A model generated the notes under the pieces. That model had not been told where the DNA came from, made no database searches, and was given only the letters and a program-made list of their open reading frames with translations. The position numbers and the translations under genes were made by a program. A DNA stretch of 63,351 nucleotides, counting the filler, from Pelomyxa schiedti (lineage: Eukaryota > Protista > Evosea): the NCBI GenBank assembly GCA_020536535.1. It is 5 parts of 5 records of this genome, joined end to end, with 100 filler letters (N's around TTAATTAATTAA, not from the genome) between each part and the next. Parts side by side here need not be neighbours in the genome. Positions count along the whole stretch, not along the records: positions 41,400 to 57,081 come from JAHLWZ010001151.1; positions 57,182 to 59,243 come from JAHLWZ010002156.1; positions 59,344 to 63,351 come from JAHLWZ010001655.1; 2 more parts are not named here. One strand, given 5' to 3'. The number at the start of each line of letters is the position of its first letter. Within the stretch, counting starts at the first letter, position 1. Below, piece after piece: positions 53,603-63,351 of the stretch.

Positions 53603-54903
53603 ATGGCTGCTGCCACTGCGTTGCACATGTATGGTATGAGGTGCAGCTCTTTCCACACCTTCCCCTCTCACTCCTGGAAAGAGGAACCGAGTGGCATCTT
53701 GCATATAATTGTTAATAACAAAGAGTACCGCGCCAATGTCAGAACTGACTGTTTATCGCCCTTACGGTGCTTGTGCTTGTTCTTTCTTTCTTTATGGTCA
53801 TTTTCTTTTCTTACTTTTGATGTCAACAGCCCCAGCGCCTGTAGTTCTGTTTACAAAGTAACACACAACAATCATATATTTGTGGCAAAAATTATCAAAA
53901 TATCATCCGCATCACTTCAACATATTGTATCACCTGCCGAAGGAAAGAGGCACAAAAATTTACTAGAGCTACTGGATGTAGGATGGAACCCGGAAGCAAT
54001 TTGTTTAATAACGGAATAGTGCGTCATTTCGCCCTTGATGCATTAGTAATAACTACTGCAGCTGTGCTGGGGGTGATCTTTACCACTTCATCCGTGTGAA
54101 TACTGACATAGAGGAAGACATTGCTGCAGAGATAGTATTTCAATTAGTCGCTGGGCTTTCATTCTTGCACTCCTGCAATATTGCCCACAGGTTGCTTACA
54201 AGCTAATTTAACAGCAACGATACATAAATTCTTCACCCGAACGCTTATTTAAAAAACCCAGGGATATGAAGGTTCTACTTTACTTCCCTGCCCTCATCGC
54301 GTATCATTCTCACTTTATTGCAGCCGGCTAATGTTCTACTGTCTGAAGATTACAAGATAGTGAAAATTGCGGTTTCCACCCACACTTAGAGGAGCTACTG
54401 TAACTTGTTCTGTAGGACTTCGAAATGTCCAAGATTCTTCAACTTGATTGGCTTACCACTTTATGTGGAACCCCTGGTTATATGGGTACTAACCTCTTCA
54501 CCATCAATAAATTCTAATAAATTTTAGCACCGGAGGTGTTAGGTGGGCAATACGATTTAAAGGCGGACCTTTGGGCGCTTGGTGTTATTACATACAATCT
54601 GTATGGCCATCTCCAAGTTCGTTCAAAGTTAATTTCTTGCCACACAGGTTGTTTAGGGCTGAACCTTTCGAAGGGACAACCGTGGAAGAGATAAACAGAA
54701 ATGTGCGGGCATTCAACATCAATAAACCACCCAAGGGTGTTAGATCACCAGCAGGTATTCTCCAAATATTAAATCACCTTAAACAACACCAAAAAGCAAC
54801 TGCCTTCATCTTCTCCTTACTGGTACCTCTTGCTTCAAGGCCTGATGCAAAGACGACTTTGAAACACCCCTGGCTCTCTAAAGCTGTTTGTAGAAACTAT
54901 TGA
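53603..54903 (+). CDS. CAMK-like Ser/Thr protein kinase, divergent
   Basis: VAKII, HKNLL, GGDL, AHR/DMK/PANVLL, DFE (for DFG), CGTPGYM/APE and DLWALG across micro-exons. Confidence 0.8.
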
Positions 54904-55041
54904 CATCACCTCTTCTCATTTCCTTTATAGAGAATTAAGCTCAGAAACACTATCTATGCCGGGCATTAATGCCACACCTTGCACTGCTAATGCCACACAG
55001 TGTCAACACAAGAATGGAATTTTCTTCGTTTTTTGTTTCGT

Positions 55042-55179
55042 GTGGGGTTGCGCATTTCGCAGACCCCGCTCCAAAAATAGTGTACTAGATATCCCCACCT
55101 CTGCCCAGAGTGCAAGAGAAAAGGTGTTGATACACAAGGCACCCTTGTTGATCAGTGCCTGTGAGTACTAGGTAAGTTT
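55042..55179 (-). ncRNA. U1: U1 snRNA, canonical 5' end (AAACUUACCU), lacking stem-loop III
   Basis: Reverse complement shows AAACTTACCTA, helix H GTACT/AGTAC, SL1 loop GATCAACAAG (U1-70K site), SL2 loop TTGCACTC (U1A site), Sm site ATTTTTGG and SL4 GGGGTCTGCG-AAAT-GCGCAACCCC. Confidence 0.9.
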
Positions 55180-55234
55180 GAGATTCGAGTTCCGGTAAGG
55201 GGGCGGACAACGGAGACAATATTTCGTTGGACGA

Positions 55235-55254
55235 TTATGGGTCGTAACCCATAA
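55235..55254. promoter_or_regulatory. Palindromic pair of DUSE-like elements (TTATGGGT-cgta-ACCCATAA), bidirectional snRNA promoter
   Basis: The two ACCCATAA elements begin 63 and 64 nt upstream of the two U1 5' ends. This matches the Dictyostelium DUSE consensus WCCCAYAA and its ~-63 position. Confidence 0.85.
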
Positions 55255-55310
55255 CTGCCGTTGTTCTGCGGGCACCCTTTTCTGCGAGTGGTCAGCCTGG
55301 AATCGAACTC

Positions 55311-55449
55311 ATACATACCTAACTGTGCACACCGTTGATCAGGAAGGACTGGTGTGCTGTTGTGGCTTCTGACTTTGCACTCAAGTCTGAGACCACGATA
55401 TCAGCAGTGGAATTTGTTTAGTAGGAGTTTGCGTTTTGCGCAACTCCTT
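55311..55449 (+). ncRNA. U1: U1 snRNA variant with AUACAUACCU 5' end, lacking stem-loop III
   Basis: ATACATACCTA, helix H ACTGT/GCAGT, SL1 GCACACC...GGTGTGC with loop GATCAGGAAG, SL2 loop TTGCACTC, Sm site AATTTGTTTAG and SL4 AGGAGTT...AACTCCT. Confidence 0.9.
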
Positions 55450-55651
55450 CACAAAGATAACAGAACACGGCCATTTGACGGAATAAAAAAAACCCAGACC
55501 GCCAATCATGAAATCCGCACTATTGCATTCACGGAAGTGGGGAAAGGAGAAAAAAAATGACAACGTGGGCACTTCGTTGTTCGTCCATCACTTTTAACGA
55601 GGAGATGCAACAAAAAACAAAACAAATAAAAAAGAAAAACAACACAACTAA

Positions 55652-56268
<617 letters not shown>

Positions 56269-56733
56269 TTAGACTGAATTTATCTCCAATCATCGTGTAT
56301 TTAATGTTCTCACTTGTGTGGGAACACTGTCAATGTAAAAAAAAAGTATTTCCTTCCATGTTAAACCTATTACTACCGGAGGTATTATGACGTGGTATTA
56401 TTGTGTTTCTTGGGGTATGTGTGGAAAAGACCCAACCAAGTAGTGGGAGGTTCCAATGAGGGAGACTTTGGATATGGGACTGAATCCTCCAACCACAGGG
56501 TTTCAACATCTAGACCTAGTTTTACCCAGCCAGATTATGATGGAAGAAGTTCTGCCCAGTGTTGTGGTTTTGTTTTTTGTTGCATCTCCTCGTTAAAAGT
56601 GATGGACGAACAACGAAGTGCCCACGTTGTCATTTTTTTTCTCCTTTCCCACTTCCTTGAATTCAATAGTGATTCAGATTGGCGGTCTGGGTTTTTTTAT
56701 TCCGTCAAATGGCCGTGTTCTGTTATCTTTGTG

Positions 56734-56872
56734 AAGGAGTTGCGCAAAACGCAAACTCCTACTAAACAAATTCCACTGCTGATATCGTGGTCTCAGACTT
56801 GAGTGCAAAGTCAGAAGCCACAACAGCACACCAGTCCTTCCTGATCAACGGTGTGCACAGTTAGGTATGTAT
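56734..56872 (-). ncRNA. U1: Second copy of the ACAUAC U1 variant
   Basis: Reverse complement of 55311-55449, with its own ACCCATAA starting 64 nt upstream (56929-56936). Confidence 0.88.
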
Positions 56873-57408
56873 GAGTTCGATTCCAGGCTGAGCACTCGCA
56901 GAAAAGGGTGCCCGCAGATCAACGGCAGTTATGGGTTACCCATAATCGTCCAACGAAATATGGGTAAATAAAAAAAACACCAGACCATCGGGTTTCTAAA
57001 GTTTAGGTTTTGTTGCTAATCACAACAGATTCGATTAGATCGGTGCACATCAAATTCAAAGAATAAGAGGTGATCGAATCGNNNNNNNNNNNNNNNNNNN
57101 NNNNNNNNNNNNNNNNNNNNNNNNNTTAATTAATTAANNNNNNNNNNNNNNNNNNNNNNNNNNNNNNNNNNNNNNNNNNNNTTTTGGTGCGAGACGCGGG
57201 TGCCAGGGTGACTACCGGCGCAGCTTGGCGCCGCCTGTGCCCTGGTTGCTTGTGACCCGAGTTATGGGAAGGCATCGAGCACTCCAACAAAACATCGGCC
57301 CGTTTGCGTGTTGGTAGGTCGAACGACATCAATGTGGGTTTTTCAGGGAAGAACGAGTACGTAAAAATTTGGGCGCTGCGGTACGGGTTGTGCACCATGA
57401 AATCCAAA

Positions 57409-57637
57409 TGGCTGAATAAAAAAAACAGCAGACCGCCGATCCTGAGCGATAACGAAAATTACAGCGTTCTGGTCTGTTGATTATTATTTTATTCAGCCAA
57501 GTAATAATACAAAAAAACAACTTCAAAAATAACACACTTAAATATTTGGCGGAATAAAAAAAACACCAGACCGCCGATCCTCAGCTACGAGAACGAAAAT
57601 GACAGCGTTCCGGTCTGTTGATTCTTTTATTCAGCCA
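57409..57637. repeat. Two tandem ~90-bp elements with inverted ends (57409-57499, 57547-57637), MITE-like or paired regulatory motifs
   Basis: TGGC(T/G)GAATAAAAAAAACA(G/C)CAGACC...GGTCTGTTGATT...TTTTATTCAGCCA, with shared interior GCCGATCCT...AACGAAAAT.ACAGCGTTC. Confidence 0.8.
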
Positions 57638-57675
57638 TTTATTATTCCTCGTTTTACATTGTGCTATTAGCTCGA

Positions 57676-58494
57676 TCAATGTATTTCTACTTTGTGGTTT
57701 TCAGGCTGAGGAGGGACAGGTGGCTTTGGGACAGTGACGCTGAGTGTTCCGTTCTCAAATGAGCCGGATATCTGTGAAACATCAACACCCTTGGGCAGCC
57801 TGAATCTCCTCGTGAACTGACCGAATGACCTCTCTGTTGTGTGCCAGGTGCCCTGCTCCGTGGTTTCTTCCTTGGTGTGGTTCTTGTTGCCTGATATGAC
57901 CAGGAACCCATCGGGCGTGACTTCAACTTTCACATCTTCTTTATTGACCCCGGGAAGTTCGGCGATGACTTGTATGTTGGACTCTGTCTCCTTCACATCT
58001 GACTTTGGCCACCACAGGTCCCAGCGGTTATTCCACCAGAATCCGGCTCTCTTTGGCTCTGCTACTGCAGCTGAGGAATCTTTGGGGACGGTTACAGCGG
58101 AATTATCCTTTGCTGCCGATGCTGATTCAGCGTTGGATGGTGAGGCATCAGAAGTTGCCGGCTCTGCCTTGGGCTCACTGGTACTCTCTGCTTCCTTCTT
58201 GTCTGACTCCATTGGTTGTGTTGGGGTAGTGCAAGTACTGCTCTGACATGATTCACCCTCGCTTCCCTTTGCAGGTTGTTCCACTTTGCTGGGGTCGCTC
58301 TCCATCGGAACTGGCTTCTCGGTACCTTGAACTGGAAGTGGCTGAGTCTGACTGGTACAGCGAGAACAGGGTGCGTAGCATTCCCAGTACGGATCCTCAA
58401 GTGCATCCAGGAGGTGAGACATTTGCCTGTGAATGCGGTTCATCTCTGCCCATGGGTCCATCATTCCAAAGAATGGTGAGTATCTGAATGCCAT
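57676..58494 (-). CDS. Small heat shock protein (HSP20/alpha-crystallin), intronless
   Basis: WPKSDVKETESNIQVIAELPGVNKEDVKVEV...ERSFGQFTRRFRLP...FENGTLSVTVPK, with a C-terminal VEI motif. Confidence 0.95.
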   Translation of the reverse strand: MAFRYSPFFGMMDPWAEMNRIHRQMSHLLDALEDPYWECYAPCSRCTSQTQPLPVQGTEKPVPMESDPSKVEQPAKGSEGESCQSSTCTTPTQPMESDKKEAESTSEPKAEPATSDASPSNAESASAAKDNSAVTVPKDSSAAVAEPKRAGFWWNNRWDLWWPKSDVKETESNIQVIAELPGVNKEDVKVEVTPDGFLVISGNKNHTKEETTEQGTWHTTERSFGQFTRRFRLPKGVDVSQISGSFENGTLSVTVPKPPVPPQPENHKVEIH

Positions 58495-59402
58495 CTTTTT
58501 ACAGCAATTGTATTATATATTATTGTTTCGTTGGTTGTTGTGTATTTGCTTTTGTTTTTTTTTTTTTTTTTGTTGTTGTGGTTTTTCCAAGTATCAACGC
58601 TTATAAAGAGGTGAGGTTTGTTTTTTCTTTAGTGTTCTGCTGTTTCCCTTGTAAAGTTGTTCGGTGTTCCAACCATCCAAACGAAAAATAAAAGAAATCC
58701 CAAATGGCTTTGTTCTATCCCAAGTTCTATTCTGTTCGCAGTATGATCACACTGAGGCCTCCTGATGAGAGGCAACTCAAATCAGTTGCCGGCTTCCTGA
58801 CACTTTTCCTTTTTAAGTAATTTGCGGCTTCGAATTTTTTTTCGTTCACACTTGGAGTTATTTAAGCTTAAATAACTCTGAAAATACACATCCCCCTGAG
58901 TTGAAAACCCTGGTGCCTGCTAATGACACAATTGTCTATCAAACCCTCTGATCAAATTGAGTGGGTAACCGTGGGGTTTATGGTGTCTGTGACAGATCGG
59001 ATTTCCACGAAACCAAACAAAAAAAAAGGTTTGATCGTGACAGGCGCCGTTGGTGACAAGCGGTGTTGGTGGCGAGTGGTGTTTTATTTTTTTTAGTTGT
59101 TTGGAAAATTACCATGGGACGGGTGTTAGCTGATGTTTTTAGTATATTTTAAAATTAATTTCGGTTTAAGCTCAAAGCGTCAACAATTGCTTTGAGAACT
59201 AGATTAAGTGGAGTTAGAAAGAATCGTTGGAAGGTTTTTTTTANNNNNNNNNNNNNNNNNNNNNNNNNNNNNNNNNNNNNNNNNNNNTTAATTAATTAAN
59301 NNNNNNNNNNNNNNNNNNNNNNNNNNNNNNNNNNNNNNNNNNNCACGTGGTTCCCCTCGCAACAAGGCCCCCTTGTCGTTCCGGCATTACGGCGTTCAGC
59401 AT

Positions 59403-59945
59403 CTAAACCCACAATTCCCCTGGCTGCCTGTGAGGACCTACAACAGATCCGAATTTCGGAGCCCTGAGCGCCACATCGACGGTGCTGGTCACAGCACGGC
59501 ACACCCTGCTCACGACGTGGAGGCAGTCGGGTGCCACGCAGCAACTATGGGACACGAAGCTGCCCTCGTCCCACTCCTGGCTCACGATCACGTCCCCAAT
59601 CACTCCCCCGAGCACATCTGACACAGCAAACGACACGAGGACGTTCTTCACCATGTAGCTGGGACCTGCTTCATCAAAGTCACCAGAACAGGGAGAACAG
59701 GACGAAACCACAATGCCAAAGGAAGTGGCTTTAGATGCTGAACGCCGTAATGCCGGAACGACAAGGGGGCCTTGTTGCGAGGGGAACCACGTGTCCCACA
59801 ATTGCAATGCAGCGACTGGGACGGACATGAGGCAGTGTGCGGGGCTGCGGGCTCCGCAACGCGGGTGACCCCCTATTGCAAGGGCAAGGAATTGCTCGCG
59901 AGAGTACACAGCACAAACGGAAATTGTGCGCTCAACGGTGGCCAT
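59403..59945 (-). CDS. Uncharacterised lineage-specific family protein, 5' part
   Basis: N-terminal YSREQFLALAIGGHPRCGARSPA. The 3' end is disrupted by an inverted duplicate at the contig edge. Confidence 0.55.
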   Translation of the reverse strand: MATVERTISVCAVYSREQFLALAIGGHPRCGARSPAHCLMSVPVAALQLWDTWFPSQQGPLVVPALRRSASKATSFGIVVSSCSPCSGDFDEAGPSYMVKNVLVSFAVSDVLGGVIGDVIVSQEWDEGSFVSHSCCVAPDCLHVVSRVCRAVTSTVDVALRAPKFGSVVGPHRQPGELWV

Positions 59946-60163
59946 CAGAACAGGAGGACCGAGGATCTGTTAATTGAAAAGAAATTGTACCGAACAACAA
60001 GTCAGTTTAAGAAATACTGGAGTTCGGGTCTGTTGATTATTTTTCCACTTTTGATGGACTAGGAAGCTGCTACTAATTAATTCCTCTTTAAAAAAACTGG
60101 ATTACGCAAGTATTCGGAAATACGCAGCCGCACATGTGTTTCAGATATTTCAAGAGATTAGTG

Positions 60164-63100
60164 ATGAATACCAAAGTTCATGAAGTTGATGCGCTTTCTG
60201 AACTGTCTCACCCCGATGTCACTGACAGCAACAAGTATAAGATACTCGAACCCTCTTGAAAAGGGAAAAAATACCGATGACCAGGCTGGCGACGAATACT
60301 TTTCCAAAGCAAAACAGGCACTATTTCAATCGACTTGATTTTGGGGTGAACGGAAAGTGGAGTTCAGGCCACTTGGTATGAAAGGGTCATATCATCTAGT
60401 TGATAACTTCAAACCCTGGCTGTTAGTGCATATTTTCAGTTTCTGGAAATTGATGGACTGGCTCGTACAAATGAACCCCACAGGAGAAAATACTCTAAGT
60501 CACAAGAATTGGAAGATCTTCACCTTGAAAAGAGTTTTTTCCCCAAGTGAGAATGGAGTCCTGGTTTATTCACATCCATGCATCAATCTGCATAGAGGGT
60601 GTTGAGAAGTTATACGTCCCCAAGAAACCAATTGAAAACTGCTGTTATGGAAGCTGAATTTGCTATGGAAGGAATAATACCGTAATGGTACTTTCCTAGC
60701 GAACACTGTTGCAGCTCCAAAAACTGCACAGGCTTTTTCCCCAAAATTTTGAAGGCAGCTTTGATTGTTAAAGTTATTGCATGAGTGACACATCTCTGAA
60801 AACCGCAATGAGACCCACACTTTATGGTGGATCGCAGAGTTATTTTTCAGGGATGACCTGAAGAGCTACACATCCAATCTTTGACGTTACAGAATATGAC
60901 CTCAGGAGTATTATCTATCCTCTAGCTAGTTTCCATATCAAGTCCTATTATAGCATTTCCCCAGTATTTGGCACATGACAATGGTAGCTCTTTAACTTGT
61001 AGCAATTAGACAATAATGGGGTCTTGTTGTATCCTGTTGTCTTTCTTTATGTTACTACTACAGCTACTTCTCGTCATTCAGCTGACTTACTCCTTGGGCC
61101 ACCCCACAGTGGAAGACTTGCATTACTTTGCTGTGTGTCTTTCACTTCCTTATGAATGCTTGTGGTTGTTTCTTACAACTACCATTTAACTACAAATAAT
61201 GACACCAAACCCTCACCGAGTCTGCGGGAGAGGGAACTCAAGTTCTCACTGATAGTTACAGAAATTGCGAAAAAACACTTAAGGTGCTCCAGGGCCCACA
61301 CTCGAGTTGAGAGACCATTAGGCAAAAACCTATGGTTAAATGACTTTGATGGGTAGAAGACCCAACTTGACTCTACATGTCCAAATAACTAAAACTCTTC
61401 CTGAGTTACCTTGTAACGCACTGTCTGTTATCAAAAATTCCCAGTTTAAACTTTCGAAAGTAAAATGAGAGGCTGCTGGAAAATACCTCCACCATGAAGG
61501 AAAATTACTATCTATTACACAATTGACGTGCCAGGACTACATTTTTTCTTTTGTTGGATCATCCACTTTTCTTCTTCCCAGCTCCTATCTGCACGAGCGC
61601 CCAGTAATATCTTCACTGTGGTTCTTAACAGGTAATTTGCCCTATTTTTCCTTTCATGGTCACGGACCTGGTTATAGAACCATTCGTCTATGAACTTGGA
61701 TATCTGGCTTAGTGCATTTGAGGCTCAGATCTTGGCCGCATTGTGATGTTATTGAATCAGCCAAGCTTTCTGGGGGTGGCTATTGGATGATTGCAGAATA
61801 TCACAACCTGTTCTTGCAAACTTAGAATTCACTGATTATTTTCAGCATTAATAGTGGTAATCGAGTGAAGAAACTGCATACAAGGTGGGAAAATAGGATT
61901 TCGTTACAGTACATATGAGCCCAATTGCTCAAATCTGGGTCATTCCAAGGCTATACTCTCCACATTAGTGGAGATAATCCACGAAAACACAATAATGAAC
62001 TCTTGTAAATGCGTACCAAGTTATTCCAACTGAGGCTTACCTTTTACAAATACCACTTCGAATGTAAGTTCTCACACCTCCCTTCTGAGTACCGTGACTT
62101 TTCATTGTTCAAAAGAAAGTAGTCCCAGTAGCTCACCAACTGTCACTCTCCATGGAAATATCGGAGACTGCAGAAAAGAAAAACCTTAGTGAACAGTTGT
62201 CGGAAAATAGACGGTAAAAGCACACTCATCTAGAAAAAAGACAACCAACCCTGCCACGGAGGTGCCACTGAAAAATACCTCAACACAGTTACCAAGCCCA
62301 TTCTTACCTGAATATTTATATCTTACATGGAGCTTCATGGAATACCAGTTGATATTTTAGTACCCATAATAAGTCCCATGAAAGCGATGCTCTTGACTGC
62401 AGATATGACTGGTATCTGGATGCCTTGAAGACTTCGGCCGATTCATTTCTGCAAGTGGATATCTAACACTACTGCTTCTCTCCCAACTCAGCATCGCTTT
62501 TTTTTTTATTGTGAGTTTATCAAATGGAGCTCACGTGATGCTCTTTACTCTGTTTCAAATCCTTTTATCTTCTATTCATATTCCAGAAGAGCCTTTATAT
62601 GCTTGGATGATTTTTTCATATTTTCCTCTGCTTCCGGGAACCAACTGGGTGTACTTGATTAAGTATTTCCACTGCTCTGAGTCGAAGTGCTTTACCGCTC
62701 AAATTATTGACCCATCTACCTATCTATTGTATATACCTAGATATATATTCTTAGATTCAGCATCGAACTCAGAAAAACCAATGGGTTCCAGTTCTCTGAT
62801 TTGTTTTCGTCGCACCTTAAAATGGAATGCACTTTTATCTTTTAAAGGGGTGCAAAATACACTTCATAGGGAACAGGTCAACCATGATCGGCTACGTATT
62901 TTTATCGAAGCAGGAGTTTTTATCTCTTTTAACTGAATTAGGACCATCTGAGTGTCTACTGCAGCTTTGCAAATCCATGGTGAGAGTGGCACAGTAGAAA
63001 CGCCGCTGTTGGCCCTCAAATCGGCACCACGGACTACTACAGCCTGCTGAGAATTGCCAACGCGCTCAAAAGTGGTAAATTATTCCCTCCCCTTTTCCCT

Positions 63101-63351
63101 TTCCTATTCAAATCCGGTTCCGGCTCTCTCACTCGCACCCAACGCCAGGACCAAAATCGGAAACGGGAGTTCAGATATGTTGTATGCCAGTTGACTTTGG
63201 AATTATCTTCATTCATTTGACACGAAGTGTAGGGAAGTTGCTCTCAGCCATGTGCCACGACTCTGTGGTTGTTAGTGTGATTTCTTGTTTTGACTGCACA
63301 TGGATCCAGGTTTCTGATGGGAACAACCGAATCCCTATCGCAACCAAATCC
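60164..63351 (+). CDS. Possible highly intron-rich gene (or degraded gene) of unknown function
   Basis: Short plausible exons flanked by GT/AG (e.g. QLTCQDYIFSFVGSSTFLLP, AVGPQIGTTDYYSLLRIANALKS). I could not build a full model. Confidence 0.3.

Noticed and set aside
55299-55308. GTTCGATTCC (tRNA T-loop/B-box) on the minus strand upstream of the variant U1
   Set aside because: No cloverleaf or A-box can be built, so it is not called as a tRNA.
56938-57081. Outward-facing DUSE of the duplicated palindrome driving another snRNA
   Set aside because: Sequence from ~57001 has no snRNA hallmarks. The duplication ends at 56961.
57262-57269. DUSE-like TCCCATAA on the minus strand (other matches at ~7799, ~30648, ~62362)
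   Set aside because: These lie within probable coding sequence or have no recognisable RNA ~63 nt downstream. Chance matches are expected.
58655-58740. Heat-shock elements upstream of HSP20
   Set aside because: TTC/GAA units are mostly direct rather than alternating inverted pentamers, which is too weak to call.
58755-58795. CTGATGA plus hairpin as a hammerhead ribozyme
   Set aside because: The required GAAA core and stems I/III are absent.
59344-59407. Inverted copy of ~59730-59793
   Set aside because: Exact copy at a contig edge interrupting an ORF, typical of an amplification fold-back chimera.
61080-62290. Apparent 9-11 nt GT-AG 'nano-introns' on the minus strand
   Set aside because: No minus-strand protein could be assembled. 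Exon-like signals favour the + strand.

Overview
This window is mostly eukaryotic DNA, not prokaryotic. It is five scaffolds joined by artificial N44-TTAATTAATTAA-N44 linkers (26491-26590, 41300-41399, 57082-57181, 59244-59343), plus two 100-N scaffold gaps. The bulk is gene-dense DNA with many ~35-60 nt spliceosomal introns. Gene content and style resemble an amoebozoan, most likely an archamoeba such as Pelomyxa (inference). Genes include a tandem ubiquitin-fusion RING/kinase family, MORN-RING and MORN-kinase genes, an atypical Rab5-like GTPase, beta-adaptin, HMG-CoA reductase, GPN3, a receptor kinase, ARF1 and HSP20. A ~2.45 kb methanogen-type archaeal segment (23177-25628: tRNA-Thr, DUF3467, solo Cas4-like gene, P-type ATPase relic) is fused directly into a host gene. 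It is either an amplification chimera with a methanogenic endosymbiont or a real insertion. The best discovery is at 55042-56961. Two strongly divergent U1 snRNA genes sit head-to-head on a palindromic pair of DUSE-like (ACCCATAA) promoter elements. One has the canonical ACUUAC 5' splice-site recognition sequence and the other has ACAUAC (complementary to GUAUGU). Both lack stem-loop III. The ACAUAC gene is duplicated in a ~400 bp inverted repeat that brackets ARF1. The same promoter motif at nearly the same spacing precedes an unidentified ~150 nt structured RNA candidate at 46031-46180. A second highlight is a 2x2 domain-shuffled gene family (Ub or MORN head x RING or kinase tail) with a visible recombination breakpoint. 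Exon structures were read by eye and are approximate.
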